A stretch of 24,705 nt of DNA from a virus (Duplodnaviria; Caudoviricetes), in IMG/VR virus record IMGVR_UViG_3300043414_001131, positions 1-24,705 of that record; one strand, 5' to 3'. Within the stretch, counting starts at the first letter, position 1. Every line of letters begins with the position of its first letter. This document shows positions 16,555 to 24,630 of the stretch, one piece after another. Under the pieces are notes generated by a model, which did not search any database, was not told the origin of the DNA, and worked only from the letters and a program-made list of their open reading frames with translations. The position numbers and the translations under genes were made by a program.

Positions 16555-18140
16555 TATGCTGGGGCCTGTTGTGCGGCTGCTTGGTTCTCGACGATGTTTC
16601 CTGTGACATCGATGGCCTTCTGCTGGGCGGCCATCATCATCATCTCCTGGCGTTCCTTGGCGATCTGCTCTTCGCTCTTGACAAGGCCGGGGACATCGAT
16701 GTTCTTCATGCGGGCAAGTTCGCCGGCCAGAATGCCCGTGTTGATCCGTGACATGGCATCGGGGCCAAGTGCTGCGACGGCCTGCGTGTACTCAAGCAGG
16801 TCGGCGGCCTTATTGGCTCGTGCCAGGGCGGCAACGCCCGTGAACGCCTCGATGCGAACGGCCTTCTCGGGCAGCGGCTTCATGAGCTTATCACGCTGCA
16901 TCTGCCAAAGCACTCGGCGAAGCTGTGGGATCTGCTGGCTCTCGGCGACGGGCACATAGAACCCGCCCGTGATGCCCTCAAGCTCTTGGGCGATGCGGAG
17001 CACCTGAAAGCGTGTGACGCGATCCTGATTCGGGATGGTCTGCGATTCAAGCAGGAAGCTGCGGGCGAGCGCCGTGTACTTCTGGTCGATGCCCGTGGTG
17101 AGCATCTGAAACTCGCGGATGTTCGGGTAGCCCAAGAAACCAACGTCCTGCGGCACGCCGCCAACCACCTTGCAGCGGATCACTCGGCCGGACGGCTTGG
17201 CGAGGTCGGTGTCTCGCACCTGGCTTGCAAAGTCGATGCACGGGTTGACCCGCGACGCCGCGGCAAGCATGTCAAGCCTGCGGATTTCGAGTTCGTTGAG
17301 CGTGCGAAGCGATGGGCTCAGCTTCTCGACGTACCCGCGTCCGTAGTTCTCGCCGACCACAAGGCGGAACGGGGTGCAGAAGTACGATGGGACCGGCTCG
17401 TCAAACTCGTTGATCGTGTTGCCGTTCATCTCCTGAGTGACGGTCCACTTCTTGGAGGTGGGCGACCACTCAACCTTGGTGTAGAGCTCTTGGCAGCGGT
17501 CCTTGAACCCCTTGTCCTTCATCTCGTCGCGGCGGAGCTTGCTCTTGGCAAACTGGGCGTCGTTCAAGGTGAGCGGGTCTTTGTTCTCGCGGATGACGTG
17601 GTACACCACATCGCCGCAATGGTCGCGGCGTGTCACGTACTGATCACGGCGGAACATGCGGAATCGGTAGTTGTCGTCGATGTGCTCAAGAGCCTCGCCG
17701 GTGACGAGGATCGAGTTGATCACATTGCGCTTGTGCGACCGGAACGCCATGCCCGAGTAGCGGCCCTCTTCTGAGAGACCTGCTGATTCGATGGTGGCGG
17801 TGATCTGTAGCTTCAGCAGGAACAGACGCTGGCGAACAGCCTGCTTGCGTTCATCGGGAATCGACGGGTCGTACAGGCTCTCCGACGCGAGGTCGAGCTC
17901 GAACCACGGGAAGTCAACCGGGAACAATGCCGCGGCGAACTTGCCCTCCATGTTGGCCAGACCAAGGGCACCGATGTCCTGAAAGGTCTCGGGCAGCTTC
18001 TGGTCTGGCGTCTGGGTGACAGGAGGCAGCGTGGCCGGATCGGTGAGCGCCGAACACAAGCGGGCAACGTCAAGGCCACCCGTCCGTTCAGCGTCCTCTG
18101 TCATCCAGAGTGACGCAATCGGACCAGATCCTTCGTTCAT
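16554..18140 (-). CDS. Portal (head-tail connector, gp8-like)
   Basis: 528 aa; 'QDIGALGLANM..K...ALFP...PWF', 'QYVTRRD..G', 'GENYGRGYVE', 'RVT...V...AQELE...GG.Y', 'LVKSEEQIAKE' match T7-like portals. Confidence 0.95.
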   Translation of the reverse strand: MNEGSGPIASLWMTEDAERTGGLDVARLCSALTDPATLPPVTQTPDQKLPETFQDIGALGLANMEGKFAAALFPVDFPWFELDLASESLYDPSIPDERKQAVRQRLFLLKLQITATIESAGLSEEGRYSGMAFRSHKRNVINSILVTGEALEHIDDNYRFRMFRRDQYVTRRDHCGDVVYHVIRENKDPLTLNDAQFAKSKLRRDEMKDKGFKDRCQELYTKVEWSPTSKKWTVTQEMNGNTINEFDEPVPSYFCTPFRLVVGENYGRGYVEKLSPSLRTLNELEIRRLDMLAAASRVNPCIDFASQVRDTDLAKPSGRVIRCKVVGGVPQDVGFLGYPNIREFQMLTTGIDQKYTALARSFLLESQTIPNQDRVTRFQVLRIAQELEGITGGFYVPVAESQQIPQLRRVLWQMQRDKLMKPLPEKAVRIEAFTGVAALARANKAADLLEYTQAVAALGPDAMSRINTGILAGELARMKNIDVPGLVKSEEQIAKERQEMMMMAAQQKAIDVTGNIVENQAAAQQAPA

Positions 18141-18331
18141 GTGTTGCTCGGCGGGGCGATGGAAAGCCCTGTCTGTGCGCCCTGATACTGGCTTGCCGGT
18201 GCGATGATGAGCGAGCTCACCCCGCGGCGGCGGCGTTCATTCTCGCGGCGGATGCGGTCAAGGGCAGCAGCTTCAGTTTCGATGGTGTTGTCCGAACGCG
18301 GCGGAGGGATGGGGCTGGCGGAACTATTCAC
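18137..18331 (-). CDS. Small virion/tail assembly protein, gp7.3-like
   Basis: 64 aa; 'RRRRGVSSLII...TGLSI' resembles the basic C-terminus of gp7.3-like proteins found just upstream of the portal. Confidence 0.6.
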   Translation of the reverse strand: MNSSASPIPPPRSDNTIETEAAALDRIRRENERRRRGVSSLIIAPASQYQGAQTGLSIAPPSNT

Positions 18332-18548
18332 GCGGCTTTCTCCCTTCGAGGTGTTCGGTCAGAAATCGGACGGCACTGTGTGCCCCTGCTCGCCACTGAA
18401 GATCGGCGCGAAGGCGTTCGTCACTCATCCACGCCGGACTGTCCAGCGTGACTTGTGGGAACGCGGCAGCCATGCCCTTGATAACGGTTTCGAGCACATC
18501 CCTTGAGACACTGCTGAGGATCGTGTGCGGGTCGATTGGCTCGTTCAT
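18324..18548 (-). CDS. Small pre-portal protein, gp6.5-like
   Basis: 74 aa with an 'FP...WRAGAHSAVRFL' pattern typical of the small ORF upstream of T7-like portals. Confidence 0.55.
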   Translation of the reverse strand: MNEPIDPHTILSSVSRDVLETVIKGMAAAFPQVTLDSPAWMSDERLRADLQWRAGAHSAVRFLTEHLEGRKPRE

Positions 18549-19035
18549 AGGGTCGTGTGTCCATGTCCATCAGGTCGTGTCCGCGGGAGCGGAGGTATTC
18601 AAACAGGCCGTGAACCGTGATGACGGAACGCGGCACGGGCTCACCCGTCTGCCTGAGAATGTCGGAGGTCACGGTGACGCAGTTGTGCAACGGCGAAATC
18701 AGCCGTCGCCACCAACCGACATACTTACGAGGCGGGTAGCGGGCCCAGTCGATCGGGTTGGCAACATTTACTTCGATCGACCACGAGGCGATCCCCGAGT
18801 CCAAGAACGCCTCGGTGTCGTAGTGCACGTCCTCGATGATGGCACGCTCCAAGACCGCCCGGTGATCACCGATGAGCACATGAGCCAGTGGCGAACCAGA
18901 CCATAAACGCGCCACAAAGGACACGAAATCACTGATGGTTCGGCCCGGATACCGGCGAAAGACTCGCCACTTGGCTTTGAACCCGCGCGGGTACTGTTTC
19001 GCAGATACGAAAAAAACCCAAACAGTTTGGTCCAC
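18421..19035 (-). CDS. Permuted papain-like (NlpC/P60, YiiX-like) cysteine hydrolase candidate
   Basis: GTG start at 19035 with a GAAGGAG RBS. The His motif 'SGSPLAHVLIG' precedes the Cys motif 'HNCVTVTSDIL', followed by 'VITVHGLFEYL'. The track's start at 19386 lies inside the RNAP gene. Confidence 0.6.
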   Translation of the reverse strand: MDQTVWVFFVSAKQYPRGFKAKWRVFRRYPGRTISDFVSFVARLWSGSPLAHVLIGDHRAVLERAIIEDVHYDTEAFLDSGIASWSIEVNVANPIDWARYPPRKYVGWWRRLISPLHNCVTVTSDILRQTGEPVPRSVITVHGLFEYLRSRGHDLMDMDTRPYERANRPAHDPQQCLKGCARNRYQGHGCRVPTSHAGQSGVDE

Positions 19036-19075
19036 CCTGTCTCCTTCGTCGCGAATGCGTTGTGATGGGTTGCGT

Positions 19076-21616
19076 TTAGTTGAAGAATCCTGCCGCCTCA
19101 AGCACGTTCGTGATGTCGAATGTGCCCTTTTCGGGAGTCGGCGGAAGATCGATGTCTGGGTGCAGGCGCTGCCACTGGTCCCGCAGCCGATCGAGCAGTG
19201 AATCGCGATGGAGGATGCAAAACTCCTGCCGGTTGAACCGCCCAACAACTTCCTTCGTCGCCGCGTGCGAGAAGTACCGATCGTGTGTTGCGAGAAAGTC
19301 AACGTCGTTCTTGCGGCACCTGATCGCCGTGAATCCCATATGGGAGGCATCAACCCCGTGGACGAAGTTGGGCGCCGAGCCGTCAATCTGGCGACGCATC
19401 TTCACTGGAAGGCTTTCGTCGGTGACCGCGAGCTTCAGGTTCTGCGCGATGGTCCTTACGGTGACCGATGACTCGCAGCGGTACGGCTGGACCACGGGCA
19501 GCCCAATCGGCGTCGTCCACGTCAAGGGCCGATCCTTGCCACAGATCAACCGGGCACAGGTCTTGATCCAGTCCATGGCCTGATCGGCCGCAGGACACAA
19601 CTCCTTCACCGTGTCCAGGACAACGCCCGCAAGGTACTTAGAGATCGGGTAGCGGTCGTCCTCCTTGACATCGCAGTCGACCAGAACCCCGCGGATCTGC
19701 TTGCGGGCTCCTGTCGGCGTTACGTTGTAGAGCTTGGTCATGGTCGGCTGCTTGACCACCCGGCGAATCGCGTAGGGCAGGGCGAGGCCCGCAATCTCCG
19801 CGATGGTGCGAACACGCTCGCCGTCCGCCGTCCGGTACTTCATCGTCTCGCCGTGCTTGTCCAAGTCGGCCCGAACCTTGGCCGCCGTCACCTCGGCGAC
19901 GTGCCGGTAGAAGTTGCGGGGCGCGTCGCTTGGCCCGCTCGGCATCATGTTGACCCATGCCGCAATGTCAGAGTCCCGCGTCATCGCCGCGTAGTGCTGC
20001 AATCCGTTGCAAGTGCCGTCGGCGCTCACCGGCAGCCGCGAACCGTGCTCCTCCGGGTTGGCGATGGCCATGCACGCGGCAAGAAACTGCCACGGCTTAC
20101 CGTCGTGCTTCCCCGGCTTGGACTCGTCCGCACGCTGCCACCACTCGTCGTTGAGTGGGTCGAGAGCCGCCTGCAGGATCTGCTTGGCGTGGTCGCGGCC
20201 CCACTGCTCGCGGTCGTCTGGGCTCAGCTTGTCCTGTCCATAGCAGTTGGCTGCGTGGATGAACAACTCTCGCATCGACGGTTCCAGCGACCGCGAGAAC
20301 CGCAGCAGGCCGATGCTCGGGTCGGCGCCCTGGTGGTTCAACGCTGGCGGAATGGGGTAGCCCCTGCCGCGGAAGCAAAGCTGGTGGGGGAAGTAGATCG
20401 CCTCATGCTCGGCAAACTGGTCGGCGACAGCAAGAGTCGAGTCATAGAGCTTTCGAAAGCCTCGGGCGTGCACGTTGCGGCGGTAGACATTGCTCGCCTC
20501 TTGGTTCCACTTGGCTTTGCGGTCCTTGGTCCAGTTCTCAAAGTCGTCCGGCTTGGTCAACGGCTGTTCGTTGTGGAGATTGGGCAGCCCGAGTTCGCCG
20601 CCACCCTTCCGGTACAGCTCCTTCTGGACGGCGAGAACCTGAAGGTTGATAGCCATGGCCGGAGCCCCGATCGCATTGACCATCTCGAACACGGTCGACA
20701 GGTCTGCGTTCTCGAGTGCTTCCTTCTGGCTGCTGGTCGGCTTGCTGATGAGCGGGGTGCGAATGCGAATGTACCCACCCTCTGAACGGGCCCGGTCCTT
20801 GTTCTTCTCCTGCCACGCAAGGGGCTCAACGACCATCGGCAGATAGACCGGCCTCATGCGTTCCCGCAGCGAGAACCCATCTTCGATGATCTTCCACGCC
20901 GCCTCGGTCATGGCGACAAACCCAACGTCCTTGCGACCCAGCCTAGCGACATGGTGAACGAACGCCGGCTCGAACACATCGCCGTAGGAAGAGCACGACG
21001 CCGCGTCGATCAAGCATGTGAGCAGAACATCGCCCAGCATCGCCAACACCTTGCGTTCGTTGTGCGGGTCTTCAAGCGTCTTGTTTGCCCACCAGTTGAT
21101 TCGGCCCACGGAGAGTTTGCGGGCGGAGAACTCAAGCTCTTTGACCGATTCCTTGTGGGTCTTGCGTCCCAACTGAAGGTGAATGTGTGCAACCGCGGCA
21201 CGTCCCACGACGTAGGCAAGTCGGGCGTACTTGACACCGGCGATCGGCTTCTTGTTGATGTCGTAGAAGATGTCCTCGGTGCTCATGCACATTCCCAACG
21301 CCTCGTGCATCACGATCACGGCCAGATGGTCGGCTTGGACCTGACGGATGAGCGGGCCGGTAATCGTCCGGTTGCGTCCAGGCACACCCTTGGACGAATC
21401 GGTCTGCTCGTCCTTGATGAGCACGCTGGTGGTTTCAAACCAGTGGGCGGCCAATCGCTCGACGGGCTTCAGTGATGCAGCGTCGCCGCGGCCGATGGTC
21501 GCCTGAGACTGCTCGCGATAGCGGCGAACGCCTTCGTCAACGGCCTGCGTCTCGGTGGCAAGTTGGTCGTTGAAGCGGGAGTTTTCAAGCAGTGGGGCCG
21601 TGAGAGTTGTCTTCAT
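19076..21616 (-). CDS. Single-subunit (T7/mitochondrial-type) DNA-directed RNA polymerase
   Basis: 846 aa; CFRGRGYP, motif A 'PVSADGTCNGLQHYAAM', motif B 'RRVVKQPTMTKLY', 'APNFVHGVDASHM', motif C 'THDRY', C-terminal 'FFN'. Confidence 0.97.
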   Translation of the reverse strand: MKTTLTAPLLENSRFNDQLATETQAVDEGVRRYREQSQATIGRGDAASLKPVERLAAHWFETTSVLIKDEQTDSSKGVPGRNRTITGPLIRQVQADHLAVIVMHEALGMCMSTEDIFYDINKKPIAGVKYARLAYVVGRAAVAHIHLQLGRKTHKESVKELEFSARKLSVGRINWWANKTLEDPHNERKVLAMLGDVLLTCLIDAASCSSYGDVFEPAFVHHVARLGRKDVGFVAMTEAAWKIIEDGFSLRERMRPVYLPMVVEPLAWQEKNKDRARSEGGYIRIRTPLISKPTSSQKEALENADLSTVFEMVNAIGAPAMAINLQVLAVQKELYRKGGGELGLPNLHNEQPLTKPDDFENWTKDRKAKWNQEASNVYRRNVHARGFRKLYDSTLAVADQFAEHEAIYFPHQLCFRGRGYPIPPALNHQGADPSIGLLRFSRSLEPSMRELFIHAANCYGQDKLSPDDREQWGRDHAKQILQAALDPLNDEWWQRADESKPGKHDGKPWQFLAACMAIANPEEHGSRLPVSADGTCNGLQHYAAMTRDSDIAAWVNMMPSGPSDAPRNFYRHVAEVTAAKVRADLDKHGETMKYRTADGERVRTIAEIAGLALPYAIRRVVKQPTMTKLYNVTPTGARKQIRGVLVDCDVKEDDRYPISKYLAGVVLDTVKELCPAADQAMDWIKTCARLICGKDRPLTWTTPIGLPVVQPYRCESSVTVRTIAQNLKLAVTDESLPVKMRRQIDGSAPNFVHGVDASHMGFTAIRCRKNDVDFLATHDRYFSHAATKEVVGRFNRQEFCILHRDSLLDRLRDQWQRLHPDIDLPPTPEKGTFDITNVLEAAGFFN

Positions 21617-21950
21617 GCGGTACTCGCCTTGTTCTGTTCTTGCCGTAGGCAGTGGTGGGGGCCTTGATCTTCACGCGGGATGTCTTGCTGCTGGCAAGGA
21701 TCTTGACAAGCTCAAGAAGATCCTCGATGCGGTAGACAAAGTTCTTGCACGTTCGTGCCGCGGGGAGCTTCCCGCTCGATCGCCAGTGGGCCATGGTCCG
21801 CTGCGGGTTGGTTGCATGTCCAATGCGAAGGAACTCGATGGCCTCCGCTTCGCTCAGCACGGCGGGGGCTGGACGTGGCGTTTCTCCAGGCTTGCATGGC
21901 ATCCACACAACGGTGGTATGAATGTTCTGAATGGTGTACGGTTCGCTCAT
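21585..21950 (-). CDS. Excisionase/MerR-like winged HTH DNA-binding protein
   Basis: 'VLSEAEAIEFLRI...RTMAHWRSSGKLPAAR...FVYRIEDL' fits the HTH_17/excisionase pattern; overlaps the RNAP start by 32 nt. Confidence 0.75.
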   Translation of the reverse strand: MSEPYTIQNIHTTVVWMPCKPGETPRPAPAVLSEAEAIEFLRIGHATNPQRTMAHWRSSGKLPAARTCKNFVYRIEDLLELVKILASSKTSRVKIKAPTTAYGKNRTRRVPHEDNSHGPTA

Positions 21951-22144
21951 CCCCCCGCCCTCCTCACGGCCTCGGACGCGATGGGGTTGGCCGCAACCGC
22001 TTCGCTGACGAGTTCCGGCACGCGGGCGAGTTCAATCGCCATCACCCACACCGCTTTCTCAAGTTCGGCAATGCGTTTGCACAGCGTCATGATTGTAATT
22101 TCTGCGTTGTCGATTTGCTCCTGCGTTGTCATTTGGTCACTCAT
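21947..22144 (-). CDS. Hypothetical protein (65 aa)
   Basis: MSDQMTTQEQ...KRIAELEKA; ATGA overlaps at both ends; AAGGA upstream. Confidence 0.6.
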   Translation of the reverse strand: MSDQMTTQEQIDNAEITIMTLCKRIAELEKAVWVMAIELARVPELVSEAVAANPIASEAVRRAGG

Positions 22145-22359
22145 TCCTTGCTCCCTTCGTTCGCCAAATCGTGAGACACCAACAGCAGTATCGCGCGTGA
22201 ACTGTTCACGGATTGGTCGATGGTGTCGCTGGCCTGCCTGCACAGTTTCCGCAGCCTGGCAATCTCCCCCGCCAGTTCGTTGAGCGTGTGCCCCACTGCC
22301 TCTGGGTCTGACGTGCGTGCAAACTCGGTCCACTTGAGCAGGTTGTCGGTGTCGCTCAC
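22141..22359 (-). CDS. Hypothetical protein (72 aa)
   Basis: GTG start in a GTGA overlap with a GGAGG RBS; helical 'LAGEIARLRKLC'. Confidence 0.6.
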   Translation of the reverse strand: MSDTDNLLKWTEFARTSDPEAVGHTLNELAGEIARLRKLCRQASDTIDQSVNSSRAILLLVSHDLANEGSKE

Positions 22360-22916
22360 GCCGTCCTCCCTTCCATCGCGGCGCGGGCGGCTTCGGGTGT
22401 GCTGAATCCCCAATCCTTCGCCCGCAGGTTCTTCCAGTTGTTGAGCGGAAGGCCGTCGCCGTCGTGACTTTGCAGTTCGATTGTGTGATCGAACCACACG
22501 GCGAGAACCGTGGCCTCGATCCCGTTGCTGAAATACATCTGCATGCCGGGGCGGATTTCGCAACCGTCCTTGGTAAGCGGCAGCGTCTTTGTGACCCGCC
22601 TCACTACCGGCACCTCGCCCGTGCAGTCGATGATGCAATCGCGGTACGGGCTATCTGGGTGCCGCTGCAACTCCACGTCGCTGCCCTTGAGTTGCACCTT
22701 GCCAGCCGCGTATCCGGCTGCGAATGCGGTGTCGCGTGCCGCCTCCAACGCATCGTCGATCCTGACGCTGTGCTTCACGCCCTTGCTGTAGCCGTCAACG
22801 TACCCGTTGGAACGTGCCGCCTCCAACGCCGCGACGATGGCGGAAACAGCCTCATCGGTTGTTGTTGCGAACGTGACTTGATCCAACAACTTCGCCGCCG
22901 TCTGCTTGTCATCCAT
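22356..22916 (-). CDS. Hypothetical protein (186 aa)
   Basis: AGGAGG RBS; internal repeat ALEAAR..GY...G; C-terminal 'FSTPEAARAAME' typical of phage early hypothetical proteins. Confidence 0.7.
   Translation of the reverse strand: MDDKQTAAKLLDQVTFATTTDEAVSAIVAALEAARSNGYVDGYSKGVKHSVRIDDALEAARDTAFAAGYAAGKVQLKGSDVELQRHPDSPYRDCIIDCTGEVPVVRRVTKTLPLTKDGCEIRPGMQMYFSNGIEATVLAVWFDHTIELQSHDGDGLPLNNWKNLRAKDWGFSTPEAARAAMEGRTA
22735..22829. repeat. 17-bp direct repeat CGTGCCGCCTCCAACGC (22735-22751 and 22813-22829)
   Basis: Exact copies 78 nt apart and in frame, both encoding ALEAAR within ORF 22356..22916. Confidence 0.8.
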
Positions 22917-23247
22917 TGCTCACCTCCTGCTCCCACGCCAGTTTCGCCAGCAGGTAGCGGTCGTGGATTTCGTTGCCCGTGTCGGGTACGTTCGCCTGCA
23001 ACAGTTCTCCGCTTGTCGTGAACGCTCGCCAACCTTCTCCGCCGTAACGCCGCCACTCCCACCCCGGAGGCATCGCACTCGCGGCACCGTCGAGAGTGTT
23101 CGGCATAGGGTGTCCTTCGTGGTACTCGTACTCACGCCGATCAGGGTGTTCACGCCGCCAACCTTCGCCGCCGTTGTCCCACACCTTGAACGTCCATCCG
23201 GCTCTGTGTGCATGCCAATCCCTCGCCGCTGTCGTTTCGTCGCTCAT
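22909..23247 (-). CDS. Hypothetical Trp-rich protein (112 aa)
   Basis: MSDETTAARDWHA...PNTLDGAASAMPPGWEW; ATGA overlap with the upstream ORF. Confidence 0.65.
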   Translation of the reverse strand: MSDETTAARDWHAHRAGWTFKVWDNGGEGWRREHPDRREYEYHEGHPMPNTLDGAASAMPPGWEWRRYGGEGWRAFTTSGELLQANVPDTGNEIHDRYLLAKLAWEQEVSNG

Positions 23248-23525
23248 CGCTTGCCCTTTCGCTTGCTTGGCCGCTTCGCCGGGGTGTTGATCGCTTCGAT
23301 GGCAACCTGTTCCATCACACGCATCGCTGCCAATCCACTCGTTGCGATGATCTTGCAGTTGGCCGCATACTGCACGCACTTCACGCACCTCTCCCGCTCG
23401 GCCTTCACGGCTCGGCGGATGGCGAGTCTGATTCGGTTTGCACAGTTTCCGCGATGAACTTCCGGCAGCAATACCACGCCGCCAGGTATGTACTTCTCCG
23501 CAATCTTCGCTGCTGCGTCTTTCAT
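23244..23525 (-). CDS. Hypothetical protein (93 aa)
   Basis: MKDAAAKIAEK...AVKAERERC; AAGGAGG RBS; ATGA overlap. Confidence 0.65.
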   Translation of the reverse strand: MKDAAAKIAEKYIPGGVVLLPEVHRGNCANRIRLAIRRAVKAERERCVKCVQYAANCKIIATSGLAAMRVMEQVAIEAINTPAKRPSKRKGKR

Positions 23526-24019
23526 GGGGCCTCCTTGGTCGAACGCCTTACGAGCGTTGCAGTCCACTCTGATACTTCGATGCGAACAACACGCTTGCAT
23601 TTGCATCGCACCTCGCCAACCGCTACCTTGAGAATGCCTCCGCAGTGTGGGCATCCGATCGTGTCGCCGCTCGACGTTGTATATCCGCTCTGTTCCTCAC
23701 CGTCCCCAACCCACGGTGTCGGTTTCCCATTTGCGTACTTGTAAAACCCGCCCCGCTTCCGATCGAAGCGGACGCCTTCTTTCCGCACCGGATCCGGCCC
23801 ATGCAACCCGTCGTCCACCATGTCGAACAGTTGATTGAACGCCGTGTCTATGTCTGCAATGCACGCGCGGCACCCGTCACTGCACAAGTCGATCCCGTCG
23901 CCTTCCATGGGTCCGTATCGTGACCACGCCAGACCGTCGCCCTTCCACGGTGCTTGATGGTCGCACGCGTCGCATTGGTATATGGCGTTGCCGTTCGGGG
24001 TTTTGGCAAGGATCTTCAT
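23522..24019 (-). CDS. Cys-rich putative zinc-binding protein (165 aa)
   Basis: MKILAKTPNG; CDAC...CSDGC and CPHC...CKC clusters; ATGA overlap. Confidence 0.65.
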   Translation of the reverse strand: MKILAKTPNGNAIYQCDACDHQAPWKGDGLAWSRYGPMEGDGIDLCSDGCRACIADIDTAFNQLFDMVDDGLHGPDPVRKEGVRFDRKRGGFYKYANGKPTPWVGDGEEQSGYTTSSGDTIGCPHCGGILKVAVGEVRCKCKRVVRIEVSEWTATLVRRSTKEAP

Positions 24020-24630
24020 TCGCTGCCGCCATTCGTCCCCACCCGAAACTTCCCCGCGTCCAGGGCGTGCGTTGAGTCGGTGTTGGCTCGCGACTTGTCC
24101 CAGTTCGTTGCCAGCTCCATCATCTGCCCCGTGGACCTCGCGTCGGTATCGTGCCACGCCCGAGCATCTCGCACCTCCGCCTCCAGCACGGACGCGCGGG
24201 CGGTGGCGGTGTCGCGTGCAAACTCCGCTTGCTTCGCACGGTTGCGCCGCTGCTCGGCAAGGTCCGTAACGGCCTCAACCTCCGCCGTCAACCGCACCAC
24301 ATCCGCCCGTGCCGCGTCCAACTCACGCCGCGTCTCTGTCAGTGTGTTGACGTACCCGATACAGTCGTCGTGCCAACGCTTGTTTTCATCCCGTGCCGCG
24401 TCAAGTGCCGCCCGCATCTCGCCAGCCGTGCGGTAGTCGCTGCGAAGGTCTTGTCCGTCGATGTAGCGGCGAGCGTCGCAAATCTCAGACCGCAACGAGT
24501 CGATTACATGGCGTCCAAGTGCCGCATCATTCTTCAGATGCTCAACCTCCGCCCGCAGGCTCTCAATGTCGCTGCGAAGTCCGTCTCGAAGTTCCGCCGC
24601 CGTTGGTATTTGGAATGGGTCTGTGTCCAT
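24016..24630 (-). CDS. Coiled-coil hypothetical protein (204 aa)
   Basis: MDTDPFQ...; heptads 'IESLRAEVEHLK', 'ELDAARADVVRLTAEVE'; TGATG overlap with a GGAG RBS. Confidence 0.7.
   Translation of the reverse strand: MDTDPFQIPTAAELRDGLRSDIESLRAEVEHLKNDAALGRHVIDSLRSEICDARRYIDGQDLRSDYRTAGEMRAALDAARDENKRWHDDCIGYVNTLTETRRELDAARADVVRLTAEVEAVTDLAEQRRNRAKQAEFARDTATARASVLEAEVRDARAWHDTDARSTGQMMELATNWDKSRANTDSTHALDAGKFRVGTNGGSE

Noticed and set aside
19009-19016. T7 run (GTT TTT TTC) as a slippery site or terminator
   Set aside because: It simply encodes VFF at codons 7-9; I saw no convincing upstream hairpin or meaningful shifted product.
9088-19075. Repeated T7-style (about 20-23 bp) phage promoter in intergenic gaps
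   Set aside because: By eye the gaps share only RBS and ACC/CCC-ATG elements. A motif search such as MEME on the whole genome would be needed.
19036-19386. N-terminal extension of the ORF listed as 18421..19386
   Set aside because: It overlaps the RNAP C-terminus in another frame; the strong RBS and GTG at 19035 give the better start.
22735-24410. Short repeats encoding LEAAR/LDAAR as possible att sites, CRISPR repeats or DGR repeats
   Set aside because: They are in-frame coding repeats within helical proteins, with no regular spacers, no reverse transcriptase and no adenine-specific variation.
91-24436. Many long plus-strand ORFs (e.g. 3066..4046, 11325..12407, 15829..16959, 19853..20785)
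   Set aside because: They are antisense shadows of well-supported minus-strand genes in GC-rich DNA, with no recognisable motifs.
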